This document shows positions 12,253-24,041 of a DNA stretch of 64,000 nucleotides, one piece after another. The stretch is taken from NCBI RefSeq assembly GCF_964204645.1, contig NC_134026.1, positions 12,956,050 to 13,020,049 on the forward strand. The letters run 5' to 3'. The translations under genes were made by a program, and so were the position numbers. Source of the stretch: Tubulanus polymorphus. Its lineage: Eukaryota > Animalia > Nemertea. The notes under the pieces were generated by a model that was not told the DNA's origin, made no database searches, and worked only from the letters and a program-made list of their open reading frames with translations. The first letter of the stretch is position 1; each line of letters starts with the position of its first letter.

Positions 12253-13170
12253 TTATTTGAGTGTTAGATAATTAATTTTTGAATCATTTTCAATATCATA
12301 CCCTAACAATTTTCCCAAATTCTCTACCGTATCTTCTTCTAATTCTTCATTATTTTTATACTTATTCTTCGTCCTTTTTGCCGCAACATCAATAGTTGTT
12401 TCATTGTTATGCTTACTCATCCTTTCTATCATATCATCAATAGTTTCTTCTTTATGTTTCATAGAATCTTTATTATCAATATGCTTATCTGTAACTATAT
12501 CACCATGTGGGTGCCGTATGGCGCCATTTTCATTATTATCTTTATTAGTGTTTGCTCCTAATATTTCATTTACAGTGTTTGATCCTAATATTTTATTAGC
12601 ATCGGTTAAATCTAATTCATCTTTATTAGGTGTTGCTAATAAAAAATCTTCATATAATTCTTTACCATTTACTTTTTTATTTGAAACAAATTTTGTAACA
12701 TATCTAAATGGGTGTTCTATAAATTCTCTTAAACCAACGCGTTCTATAACATTAGCAATATGTGAATTTGTATTCATATGTTTATTCCAATTTGATGGAG
12801 CGTTTGAAAATTCACCTTTACAATAATCACAATAATTTCTATTTTCACTAACATTTAATATTATTGCATTATCATATGTAGAAGGTATTACATTATTAGA
12901 TGTAGAAGTTATTACATTATTAGATGTAGTAGGTATTACATTATTAGATGTAGTAGGTATTACATTATTAGATGTAGTAGGTATTACATTACTTAAATTA
13001 TCAACTACACCACTTTTATTATTATCGATTTCTATTAGTTTAGTTTTATAAATTTTGAAAATAGGATCAAATATCAAAGCTATATTACAAGGTATTACAT
13101 AATATAAACCATCATTATTTTCATGTGTATCGATGTATGGAATATGTTTATATACTTTACCTCCTTCCAT
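12253..13170 (-). CDS. Polinton hypothetical protein with VIPTTSNN repeats and a U1/C2H2-like zinc finger
   Basis: 305-aa ORF with TAAATG start, 24-bp tandem repeats at ~12870-12990 and CDYC...HMNTNSH. Confidence 0.7.
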   Translation of the reverse strand: MEGGKVYKHIPYIDTHENNDGLYYVIPCNIALIFDPIFKIYKTKLIEIDNNKSGVVDNLSNVIPTTSNNVIPTTSNNVIPTTSNNVITSTSNNVIPSTYDNAIILNVSENRNYCDYCKGEFSNAPSNWNKHMNTNSHIANVIERVGLREFIEHPFRYVTKFVSNKKVNGKELYEDFLLATPNKDELDLTDANKILGSNTVNEILGANTNKDNNENGAIRHPHGDIVTDKHIDNKDSMKHKEETIDDMIERMSKHNNETTIDVAAKRTKNKYKNNEELEEDTVENLGKLLGYDIENDSKINYLTLK

Positions 13171-13202
13171 TTATTATATATATTTTTATTAAAGTTAAAA
13201 TT

Positions 13203-14446
13203 CGAATACATAACACTATCTAATTGTGTATTTACAATATTTAATTGCGCGTCAGATATAATATAAATGTGCATTTTGAAATTTAGGCTTCCTTTTTTCT
13301 TTGTCATGAATAATTGTATTCCATCTTTAGTGTTTTGTAATTTTTTTCCAGAACCATGTAATGAATTATCCTCTGTTGTTCTAAAATCTAACCATAATGC
13401 ATATTTATTACCGGTATAATAATCAATTTGATTAATGTTACAATTTTCAGATGATTTTACTTTTTCATTCATAAAATGTTTTCTAATTTCTGGCCACTGA
13501 TCTATCATTCTCGTTCCTTGACAAAATATTTTATTTGCTATTCCTTCGATAGTTATTTCTACTTTTGTTATTTCAGGATTATAATACTTATCAACCTGTA
13601 TTGCACCATTAGAATATGTTGCAATGGTAAAAAATATTAATATACCTTTAATAGATCTTCTTGGGAAGTTAATATTCTCATTAATTATTTCATCATTTGC
13701 ATAAATAGTTACAGTTTTAAATTTATCAATATAATCATATAATAATGAAAATCCTTGATTGTATTGAGTTTGAATTATACTTGTTTTCATCAGTTACTGT
13801 ATCATATTCTAAACATATATTTGATAATTTATAACTCATATCTTTAACAACGCTAGAATAATACAATTTCATTTACAGGAGCAAATGTTATCTCAAATAT
13901 AACATCTTCTTGAATTGCATATTTATATAAAGGCGCATTATTATTTATCAATTCAAAGTCTAATGGAATTTTATATTTGCTTCCATAAATCTTTTTTATC
14001 AAATTATCTGCGGTACGAGTTACTATTGCGTCATTAGCTCCTGATCTTAATTTACTTTGGTTTTCTGATTGGATGCCTTGAAATATCATATTATTTCTAT
14101 TTTCTTTAGTTAACCATAAATCTTTATAATGCATAAATAAATAATAATCATCTAATGAGAAAACTGTTTCTGGACCAATCTTTATTGTTAACTTTTTAAT
14201 CAAATATCTCCCAACATTATCAACAACATAATTATTATTATTACCGATTACTTTTATATCAGCTGATAAATAAATACTATTTGGAACGTAAAAAGTATTT
14301 TGTGTTAATCGAGGAATTCTAACATATAAAGTTTCATCAGGATTAATATTAGAAGGGTTATGAGTAATTATATGATGTGATCTTTCTGCTTTAATAGCAT
14401 TAGATATTCTAGAAATCTTAGAAGGACTTATATAACTCCCACTCAT
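13203..14446 (-). pseudogene. Major capsid protein (double jelly-roll/hexon-like), frameshifted
   Basis: ORFs 13853-14446 and 13095-13790 (ITHNPSNI...LYVRIPRL; RSIKGILIFF; YALWLDFRT..DNSLHGSG) fit the size and motifs of Polinton MCPs. The stop codon TAG seen in copy 2 is TCG here (13203-13205). Confidence 0.8.
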
Positions 14447-14469
14447 TTATTTAACAATAAAATTAATTA

Positions 14470-15915
14470 TTTATTTTTTATCATGGTTACTTGATATTTT
14501 TTGATATCATATTCACTAACCCAAAAATAATAGCACTTACAACTGTAATTAAAAATGAAATAATATGTTCAGCAGCAAACTTAAGAATATTCCCAGCAGA
14601 TTTCAATATAAAACCAACAATTGATGCAATAATTCCTGGTAAAGCTGCAGCAGATTTTTTAGATAGTTCTCATAAATATTTTGCTAATTTCTTTAAACCA
14701 TCCCTAACTTTATCTTGTATAGAATTATTATCTGGGGGTTTATCCGGTTTATTGGGAGTAGGAGTAGATTTTAAAGCATTTGATATAGCTAAACCAATTG
14801 TTGTGAATACTATAGTTACAGCTGTTAGAATTGAAAGAATTGTTATTTTTAAACTTAAATAATAATTTTATTCTATCTTTCAATGATATTTTAGAATTTG
14901 GTTTTATTAGATATCTTTTAAAAACATCTTTTAATCTATCAATATTATAATCATATGATTTTAATAATAATTTAATTTCTTCTTTTTGTAATTCTATGTT
15001 ATATTCTAAATCATCTTTTTCTTTTTCTAAACGTAATTCTTTTTGCCTATATTCTATTTCATCAATAACTTTATTATCTCTATCTAATTTTAATTGTTCT
15101 ATTTCTTTATTTTTATCAGTTAATTATTTTTCTAAAAATCTAATTTTAAAATCTCTTATTTCTTTTTCATGCGCAATTTTATCAGATGCAAGTCTTATAC
15201 TAATAATTTCTCTAATTGCTTTATCAGAAAATATATCTAAATCTTCTAATTCTTGATCTGTTGCATCAAGTAATCCCTTCGGTAAAAGTTTTTCAGTTTG
15301 AACTTCTCTTGAATTAGGTCTACTAGTTTCTGGTTCTAAATTATTATCGATTGTTTCAAATAATTTATTAATTCTTTGTTTAAATACTCTTTCATTTTTA
15401 ATAATTTCTTCTTGTGTTACATCTTCTATTTCATTATTATTCTTATTCTTTTAATTCTAGATAGTACTTAGTCAGACTTAAAGCAAAGTTGATTCTGCTA
15501 ATATTTTGTTTTGTTTTTTATAAGAGATATCAATATAATAATCACCTTTCAAACGATAATAAGATTCACCATCTAAAAACTTTAATTCTTGTACTAAAAG
15601 TCTGGCGCCTCTGGCATTTATATTATATCCAGATTTTTCAAATATAGGTTTGAAATTATGAATATATTCATTATATTCTAAATTTTCCTTTAATAAACCT
15701 GGATTTTCATTTTCAATAGGTATTCTAGATCTAGTTCTTCTATCAAATTCATCTGTTGATGGGCCTTTAGAACCACTATCTGCTAAATTAGAATTATATG
15801 CTGATTCATCATCATTATCAATATTAGTTTCTGCATCATTATAATCATCATCAATATATCCCTCATTATTATTTCCCATTTCTCCCATTTCATAATCTTC
15901 TCCACCTTCTGCCAT
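14470..15915 (-). pseudogene. Long acidic/coiled-coil protein with hydrophobic-amphipathic C-terminus, disrupted
   Basis: Starts MAEGGED (15915). The C-terminal frame reads ITILSILTAVTIVFTTIGLAI...AAALPGIIASIVGFILK. Homologous termini occur in copy 2. Confidence 0.65.
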
Positions 15916-15929
15916 TTACATAATACAAA

Positions 15930-17318
15930 AATTAAAATTTAAAATATAATATTCCTCCGATTACAATTCCTATACAAGTTATAGCTAATTTAGCATTTTT
16001 CATGGGATTTATTATCATCATTTAGTTTAATTATATCATGTTGAATAATATCAGTTTCTTTATTTTCTGATGTATTGTAATCTTTTATTTTAGAATCATT
16101 ATTTAATTTTATTAGTTTTAGTTTCTGTTGATTGAATGTGTTTTTTATTTTTTTCACTTTCCATTAATTTTGGAGCAGTGATAATCTTTTTATTCATATC
16201 ATTCAATCCAAATGAATTATTTATTGTTGCAGTATTAATTAGATTATTATAACCAATTATATTTCCCATCTTTAGTACTAAATCATTAGAAATAATGAAT
16301 AGATTAGGGCCTATACAATAATTTAATCTAATATGTGATTTATCTAAATAATTTTGATATCTTACAATGTTTTCTGGAATCGATCTATTTTTATCATTAT
16401 GAATTGAATCTTCAAATAATACTTTAAATTGTTTTTCTGTATCGAATGATGTATTCAAATTTCCAATTATCGGTGATCTTGTTTCAACTTGCGCACCTAG
16501 AATACATATCAAATAAGTTCTAATAGATTGATTTATTCTTTCTATACCTGATTTAGTAAAACCTTCACTATTTTCTAAAATAAAATAAACCCAACCATTA
16601 TTGTTTTCTTGTTTTAAATGATCATAAAATTTCGGTAATTTATTGAAATTTAATGTTTCTAAATCCTTTGTTTCTATTTTACCATAACCTAATTTATTAT
16701 TATAGATATTATAAAAACTATTAGATGGTATGGGAAGTGCACAATATTCTGCAATCTTTTTAGGGCAAGGAAGTGATCTTATTGTTCCAATTTTTGTTCT
16801 AAAATCAGAATTATTTATATCTATATTAAATTCATTACAAATTTTATAAAACTTTGATACATTAATATTATTATCTAATTCTTTAAAATATCTAGATCCT
16901 GGTAAAGCGCACTCTAATTCGTTTAATATTATTCTGATTTGAAAGTATGTATGAAATCTAAATAAACTTTGAATTAATTTATATTTAGAATTATTCAAAT
17001 GATCATTCCAACTTTCATTCCACATCCTGTTGTTGCACAATAAACAGCAAAATTTAATTGGTTCTGCCAATACTTCATATTAGATTTTAATAACCATTGT
17101 TTTTCATCTTTCAATTTTTTAAAATTAATTAAATATACATGAAATATATTTTCCATCTTTGCATTAAAATTATTAGTTTCAGTAACATAAATTTCTAAAT
17201 TAGTTAATGAATCTAAAACTTCATTTCTATATGTAATATCTTTATTAAAATCTATTGCTGGAATATTATATTTAATTGATTTATTATATTGGGAAGCTTT
17301 TGGAAAACTATCTACCAT
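15930..17318 (-). pseudogene. Conserved Polinton protein (WQNQLNFAVYCATTGCG family), frameshifted
   Basis: ORFs 16995-17318 and 16099-17070 join. Homologue at ~40770-42070. Probable C-terminal TM anchor near 15950-16000. Confidence 0.7.
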
Positions 17319-17334
17319 TTATATAATTAAAAAA

Positions 17335-17769
17335 TTAATAATTTATTAACTCTTTTAATAATTTATCTTGTTCTTCAACTGTTATATGGCCATTTAAACT
17401 CATTATATAATCTAGTGTATTCTTTAATTTATTAATTTCTTTTATATTAGTTTTAATTTTTTCTTTATTACTTTTTATATTTAATTTTGAACTTATACCG
17501 GTTAAAACACTTGAACTTAATCCTAATACGCCAATTGATATAGCTAAAGGTGTTAATGGACTGAATATTGCTAGAAATGTTATTACAGAACTAATTGTAA
17601 CCGAACCACTTATAATCAAATAATATATAATTTTACTTTTTAGATATTTTTTCTTTTTAACTTTTAAGTCACTTTCAAATTCTAATATTTGTTTTTCTAA
17701 ATATATTTTTAATTTAGTTTTATTTATATCATGAGGAATAATATCAATACTATCAACTTTATCTTCCAT
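17335..17769 (-). CDS. Two-TM coiled-coil membrane protein (possible adintovirus membrane-active protein)
   Basis: 144-aa ORF with a hydrophobic hairpin IIYYLIISGSV...LGLSSSVLTGIS flanked by basic coiled coils. A decayed homologue lies at ~42083-42520. Confidence 0.7.
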   Translation of the reverse strand: MEDKVDSIDIIPHDINKTKLKIYLEKQILEFESDLKVKKKKYLKSKIIYYLIISGSVTISSVITFLAIFSPLTPLAISIGVLGLSSSVLTGISSKLNIKSNKEKIKTNIKEINKLKNTLDYIMSLNGHITVEEQDKLLKELINY

Positions 17770-17788
17770 TTATTTAGAAAAAAAATTA

Positions 17789-18209
17789 CTAATAAGTAAA
17801 TTTATATGCTACAAATATAACAATAACTGTTCCACCTAAAATCCAAATTATTTCATATTTCTGTTGTTCTTTACTTGGGGTATAATAATCTGATAATTTA
17901 GGTTTGTATAGATGTAATTTTTCTTTATTGGTTACCGCGTTATATAAACTCATTGCATCATCGACTGATTGAAAATCTATGTGAAATCTTCTGATCATAT
18001 AATTCTTTATTGATGTAAACCATATAGTTTTGTCTCTTTTCTCTATATTCTTCTGCAGCTTTATTATATTTTTCTAATGCTAAGTTATGTCTTCTTTGTT
18101 CTCCTAATGAACTATTTTTATCAATATGTTTAAATAAATATCCACCACCAGTAAATGCTAAAGCGTTAACAATTGCCGATCCTATAATAGTTATAATTGC
18201 AGAAGCCAT
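17789..18209 (-). pseudogene. Small hydrophobic Polinton protein (MASAIITIIGSAIVNALAF), frameshifted
   Basis: ORFs 17958-18209 and 17789-17998 together equal the single 134-aa ORF at 42561-42965. Confidence 0.8.
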
Positions 18210-18233
18210 TTATTTAGAAAAATAATTACGCAT

Positions 18234-18455
18234 TTATATGGGAGGAATATATTTTTGTTTTTCCAAATAATCAATAGTTAAATTAGATAAAGTAATTGCT
18301 AATGCTAATTTTAAAATATCATTTATATCAAATCTATCAACATTAACACTTCCCATTTTGAATACTTTTTTTAATACCATTGAATAACCAACAGTTCCAA
18401 CTGATAGTAATGCTCCATTATATAATCCAGTTATTATCCACTTATTATCACTCAT
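18234..18455 (-). CDS. Small two-helix hydrophobic Polinton protein
   Basis: 73 aa with TAAATG start; conserved in copy 2 (43023-43211). Confidence 0.75.
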   Translation of the reverse strand: MSDNKWIITGLYNGALLSVGTVGYSMVLKKVFKMGSVNVDRFDINDILKLALAITLSNLTIDYLEKQKYIPPI

Positions 18456-18797
18456 TTATTTATCAAAAAAATTAATATCATCAAAATATTTAGTTATCTT
18501 AGTGATGATTAATTCAACATTTATTTCATTACTAGTTTTATGATTATCATATATTTTGGTTAATATGTTTTTAATATCATCAAAAATTCCATCTTCATTT
18601 AATTCATAATATTCTAAAGGCGATTTAATTAAATCAATTACTTTTTCTATATTATAATTTTCTTTATCAATCATTGATGCATTGTTAAATGATTTACTTT
18701 TTATATCAGTAATTACATCATTTAGTTTAATTCTCATTTCTTTACCATGTTTAAAATCAAACCCAAAACATATACTCGGGCCTACAGTTATATTCAT
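18456..18797 (-). CDS. Polinton hypothetical protein
   Basis: 113 aa; its stop abuts the next start (TAA-ATG). A decayed homologue lies at ~43212-43550. Confidence 0.7.
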   Translation of the reverse strand: MNITVGPSICFGFDFKHGKEMRIKLNDVITDIKSKSFNNASMIDKENYNIEKVIDLIKSPLEYYELNEDGIFDDIKNILTKIYDNHKTSNEINVELIITKITKYFDDINFFDK

Positions 18798-18816
18798 TTA
18801 TATAGTGAAAAAAAAA

Positions 18817-19575
18817 TTACTCTCTACATCTTATAACTAATTCATATATCACAGGAAAGTTATTCAAATCAATTAAATATCCATTATGATTTCTAATTTC
18901 TAATCTAAAATTATTAAAACGAGGAATGCATGGTTTGAAATCACATTCTGTTAAATTATAATTTATTTGCGTTCCAAATTCTTTAACATTCTTCAATGGT
19001 AAAATGTTTAATAAACCAGAATTACAAGTTATATCTTTAGTTGCTTCGAATGTTTTTGTAGGATCGATTAAATTGCAATAAATATAAAAGTGTGTAAAAG
19101 GTATTAAGTTTGGTGTAGCATCAGCATTGCGTATCCTTACATCTGGGGTTATTCCTAAAATTTTAGCTAAAGGTTTTTTAACTAGAAATTGATGTTGATC
19201 TTCATTACCTAATTTTATTCTTATTTTATCGGAGCTATCACTTTTAATCAGTCTTAATCCAAATCCAGCAGATGCACCCATTTTCAACCGAGCTCTTCTA
19301 TTAATTTCCTGCGCTAATGTATCTAAATTATATAATCCTGGTTTAAGATAAAGATGAAACCATTTACTTTTATTTCTATCATGAATTAAAAATACTCTAT
19401 GTTCAATAGTTTTATCCGATACATTGTAAAAAGAATTACATAAACTTATATTAACTAATTTTAAATCAACACAATTCTTAAATTCTCTATCTAATTGTAC
19501 TAGTAAATTATGAGATTTATAATTTGTAAGTCTTCTAGAATCTACAAATATTCTGTATTCTTTTAATTCTACCAT
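18817..19575 (-). CDS. Minor capsid protein (penton, single jelly roll)
   Basis: IFVDSR..NY...L.REFKN...LKLV; NSFYNV; PGLYN; FYIYCNLID; LEIRNHNG.LIDLN..P...EL match the Polinton/virophage penton pattern. Confidence 0.85.
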   Translation of the reverse strand: MVELKEYRIFVDSRRLTNYKSHNLLVQLDREFKNCVDLKLVNISLCNSFYNVSDKTIEHRVFLIHDRNKSKWFHLYLKPGLYNLDTLAQEINRRARLKMGASAGFGLRLIKSDSSDKIRIKLGNEDQHQFLVKKPLAKILGITPDVRIRNADATPNLIPFTHFYIYCNLIDPTKTFEATKDITCNSGLLNILPLKNVKEFGTQINYNLTECDFKPCIPRFNNFRLEIRNHNGYLIDLNNFPVIYELVIRCRE

Positions 19576-19592
19576 TTATTTTACATATTTTC

Positions 19593-19946
19593 TTATTCGA
19601 AATCTATTTCATGGTGCCCTTTTTCATTCTTACCTTTGTATACGAAATAGAAATCTCCAGAACATAATTTTTCTAGATCTTCACTTGATAATCTATGAAA
19701 TCTATCAGGTAAATATGTTCTGGATTTATATGTATTTCCTTTTAATCCTTCATATTCTAAGTGTATAACTAATTTATCTCCATAGTTATTAGTAACTGTA
19801 TCAATATTTGTAATTAGATATTTCTTATGGATTGTTAATTCTGTTAACTTTTTGAATTTATAATCTACAGATTTTACATTGGTAGTATCTTTTATTCTAT
19901 CTAGAAATGATTTGTTTTTCTCACTGTGCGCTTGTTTACTCTCCAT
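19593..19946 (-). CDS. Small beta-rich hypothetical protein (possible OB-fold ssDNA-binding protein)
   Basis: 117 aa, FKKLTEL..KKYLI...YGDKLVI.L...YLPDRF; lies directly downstream of PolB. The fold is inferred. Confidence 0.6.
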   Translation of the reverse strand: MESKQAHSEKNKSFLDRIKDTTNVKSVDYKFKKLTELTIHKKYLITNIDTVTNNYGDKLVIHLEYEGLKGNTYKSRTYLPDRFHRLSSEDLEKLCSGDFYFVYKGKNEKGHHEIDFE

Positions 19947-19975
19947 TTTAATAACATATTTTTATTAAAATTTGA

Positions 19976-22900
19976 TTAACACATTAGAATTCTTTTCATT
20001 ATCTCGTTCTCTTTTGTTTCTTCACTTTTAAATTTTAAGTATTCATCTAAATTACAACCATAAGCAACTGTATGAATTCCATCATCCAGAATATATCTTT
20101 TATCATCAAATGGGTTTGGACTTATCTTTTCAATTTCTTGAATAAATGTTTCATGATCTTCAGATCTTAAACATCTCATTTTATGTTTTCTAACTTCTTC
20201 ATTGAATATACAATTGATGTAATCTTTGAAATGAATATTCTTTTCTACTACACTTTTGGTTATTCCTTTTAACTTTTTAGCTTCATGTTCATTCATGTTT
20301 CATTCTGTAAAACTTCAGTTAATTCAAATACTCCATAAGGTTGTGGTTTCATCATTGCCCAACCATACAAATTATTTGCATCTATATATAATAACTTATA
20401 TCCAGGGTTATCATTTACATTGAAATATCTATCACCTAATACACCCGAAACTCCTCCTCTTATAGATTTTTCGAATAATAGTAATTGATCTATATTTGTT
20501 AACAAATCCATTTTTATATCTGTAAATTTTAATCCACAATCCCATGTTAATCCTGGTGATGAATAACAATGACATGGATCAATATTTAAATATTTTAGGT
20601 TTACATCTCTAAACCTTTCGAATATATCAGTTAATAATAATACATCTGATTTTAGATATAAATCTACTAATTGCCCATGATTTTCTATTTTGAAATGATT
20701 CCAAATATTCAATGTTCTATTATATACTTCATCTTTAACATATTCATTTTTTTAATTCATCATAGAATTGTTCTTTTAATAATTCAGTTATGTTAAAATC
20801 ATTATGATTTTTATAGAAAGAATATGGAATTGCTCCTTTATATCTCATTAATTGAAAATCATCATTATTTGGGTAGTGTTGCTTTAATATTTTTAATTCA
20901 TCATCAACTAATGATTTTGATAAGTTATCTAATGAACTATTTAAAAATCTATATGAATCTATAAATCTTAGACATCCAAATTGGAATGATATATAATTCT
21001 CAGATGTTTTAGCTAACATTCTAAATTTATAAGTTGGTATTTTATCTTTTGATCTATTTGAATTTAATCTTTCTATTTCATTATTGATTTCTTCTATTTT
21101 ATGGCATAACTGTTTGATGAATAAATGTGCATCATATCCTGATAGATTATGAAATATAACTGGTACAAAGTTAATTTTCTTAGCTTGTAAATTACAATTC
21201 TCATGCGCTGCGCCTGTAAACTTTCCATTCAAATGATCATGGTCTCTTACTTTTTTATCTTTATAATTAAATATCTTTTCACAATAATAACATTTATCTG
21301 CAAACTCAAATGCTTCTTTATCTTCTTCTGTCATTATAATTTCTATATTTGTATTCAATAATTTACTAAATCTTATTTCATATTCAATTAATAAGTCACA
21401 AAAATGATTGATAACATTTTCATTTCTATAATGATAATATTCACTTTCAATTAGTTCTGGATAATCAGATTTAATATATAACCCGAAAGCTGCAGCTGAT
21501 TGATGAATCTTTTTAATTGTATTTGTTATTGGTGGTTCATCTGAAAAATCATTTTCATTAGAATTTAATTTCTTTCTTTTATAATATATTTCTTTTCTAT
21601 CTTGATCAGTTAGTTCTTTATTTAATGATTCAAAATCTCCATATATTACAAATGGTACTTTATTTTTGTAATCATATTTTTTGAATTCTAATATTTTATC
21701 TTTTTCATTTGGTAAAACTAATTAACAATAATCATGATTTTCACATAATTGTTTATGATTTAATAATGTACTTTCATTACTGAATTTATGTAAACATTTT
21801 CTACAAAGATATATTTTATTATGGTGATCACTTTCTGTTCTAAAGAATAAATCTATTTGTTTAAAACTCATTCGCTGGGGATATATTTCTTCATTATCCA
21901 TTCAATCTGGGGGAATTAATTTTTTCTTCATATTTCAATGTAAAGGTCGATACATTTCCAGTGTAGAGACCCTCCTAAAACCAATATCTGTTATGAAGCT
22001 AATAGGTATCTCTACCAGAAAATGTTAGTTATAAAAAGTTTGGACCTACGGGTGCAAGGTAGACCCCAAAACCTGAGGTCAAGTTGAGGTCACGCAACCA
22101 AAAAAGTCGCCGACAACCAGTACATACTGCCTGTGTGTGTAGAGTATATACAATCGCTTGTGAGCTCTCTATAGAGCATGCTGACTCAGTGTAAGCAGCC
22201 AGACTCGACTAGTTTGCCATCTATCGGGGGTAATAGGAACCGTCACTTGAGGCGTGGCCACGACCCAGTTTCTTTGTTTACGCTGTCACGTGAGGCGTGA
22301 CGACGCCAACTGAATTCCACATATAATGATTCTTATAATATAGTATATCTATAACATCATTTGAATCATAATCTTTTGATAGGTATAAAGGTTCTAATGT
22401 ATAATATTTTATATTGTTACCTTTGTTAAATCAAATACATTTATCTTTATATTATTATCTCTTTCTATTTTTGGGATGTTTTTAATTCTAACAGGATACT
22501 TATCTATCTTATAATTATTTTCAAATGGTTTATAATGAGTTAATCTACAAATATTATAAGTTGCAGGATGTAAGCAACTTATTATAGCCCATAGAAAACA
22601 TTTATCATCTTCATTTTGTACATTTATAACAGCATTAGTTTTAAATGGTAGTTTAATATAACTCGATGCTTCAATATCTGGTTCTTTATAATATGATACA
22701 TTATTTTCATCAATTGGTTTTGATTTAGTTAACTTATTATATTTTGTGTTATAAACATGTAAAGTCATAAATATTATTTCATCAAATATTAAACCAGATC
22801 CTTCAAAATATTTCTCTTCTATTTTAGTTTTTACTTCATTATAACATTTATCTAATTTATCATCTATATGTTGTTTAGATAAAATATGTTGTGAATGAGA

Positions 22901-23516
22901 ATTTATATTATATATTGGTTTATCTTCAGATTTTATAAACTTTACTTTAGAAGATATACTAATTTTAGGATATTCAACATCAGTTATTATTTTTATTATT
23001 TCTTTCATATTTTCTAAATGTTTTTTGTTTTCTTCTAATGTTTTTCCTTTATGAAATTTAAACTCATAGCTGCTGGGCGAATATCACTTTTAAATGCTTC
23101 GGTTATCTCTATATCTTTTTTATTATCTAATGAATTAATATATTTTCTTACATCTTCCATGTATGATCTTTTATTGTTTAATTTATTTTTTATGCTTTTA
23201 ATTGTCTTCTGTTTCTTATCATTATCTTTATCAGAATAATCTTCACCTAAAATATCATTATTCTTATTTCTTATTTACTTTTAGATTTTAAATGTTCATT
23301 ATAATATCTTTTATCACTGAATGATTGATTACATGTATCACATTTATATGTTTCTTTTTCATTCTTTAATTCTTCTAATTTAGTTTCTAATATATCATCT
23401 TTATATTCTAGTTTCAATTTATTCTCTAAATGTGTTTTAGTTTTATTGTGTCTTGATTTTTGGGATTTATCTATATTGATATTACATGTTGGACAGTAGT
23501 ACTTCTTTGCTTCCAT
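19976..23516 (-). pseudogene. polB: Protein-primed DNA polymerase B, disrupted
   Basis: N-terminal C2H2 fingers (23271-23516), NEDDKCFLWAI, ExoI YGDFES, EndoVII-like CYYC...RDHDH..G..H..CN, ExoII FHNLSGYD, ExoIII YLKSDV, Pol motif A YIDANNLYG and C-terminal KGI...FDDKRY. Motifs B and C are missing (deleted); frameshifts and an insertion are also present. Confidence 0.93.
21863..22314. mobile_element. ~450-bp unclassified insertion in PolB
   Basis: A GC-richer block interrupts sequence that is contiguous in the second PolB copy (46381-46410). Confidence 0.7.
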
Positions 23517-23662
23517 TTTAATACTAAATTCTTTATTAAAATTGATTTTAGAAGTTCAATGATTTATATCATGTATTATTTCAATCACACTTTACTAACA
23601 CTTTTAATGTTTAAAATCTAACTCACACAAATATGAATATTGAAATAATGTTGTAAATATAT

Positions 23663-24041
23663 ACTTTTATATTGAATAATCTGTCAATTTATATGTTATT
23701 CATTTATATGATTATTTTAAGAGTAATAGGGATAATAGGCTTTCAGGTTAAAGGTTGAATGGTCGAGTTCATTAATAACAAATATTAAAAGTAATTTAAA
23801 ACTATAATATATTTTCATAACCGTGTGTATTTCAGTTGAATAATAGAATAATTATTATTATCAAAATATATTTGATTATATGCTTTTTAAATTATTGATA
23901 TCTTAGAATAAATATTTAGTTATAATATAAAATACACACGGTTATGAAAATATATTATAGTTTTAAATTACTTTTAATGTTTTGTTTTTAATGAACTCGA
24001 CCGTTCGACCTTTGATTTGAAAGCCTATTATCCCTATTACT
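23663..24041 (-). repeat. Right TIR of Polinton 1, containing an internal hairpin at 23722-24041
   Basis: Reverse complement of 6935-7311. Confidence 0.95.

Larger units (their letters stand above)
6935..24041 (-). mobile_element. Full-length Polinton/Maverick (adintovirus-like endogenous virus), inactivated
   Basis: Starts AGTAATAGGG and ends CCCTATTACT. Perfect 6-bp TSD ACCGTA (6929-6934 and 24042-24047). Encodes pPolB, RVE integrase, ATPase, MCP and penton, all on the minus strand. Confidence 0.96.

Noticed and set aside
12404-15256. Plus-strand hydrophobic ORFs (12404, 14491, 14996; also 36087, 5268, 5724)
   Set aside because: They are antisense shadows of Lys/Glu/Asn-rich minus-strand genes.
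21990-22314. tRNA/SINE head in the PolB insertion
   Set aside because: No convincing A/B boxes or cloverleaf could be built by eye.
7947-23516. Programmed frameshifting or an alternative genetic code explaining the split Polinton genes
   Set aside because: Breaks are at different positions in copies 1 and 2, and PolB motifs B/C are deleted. This is ordinary decay, though some indels could be sequencing errors.
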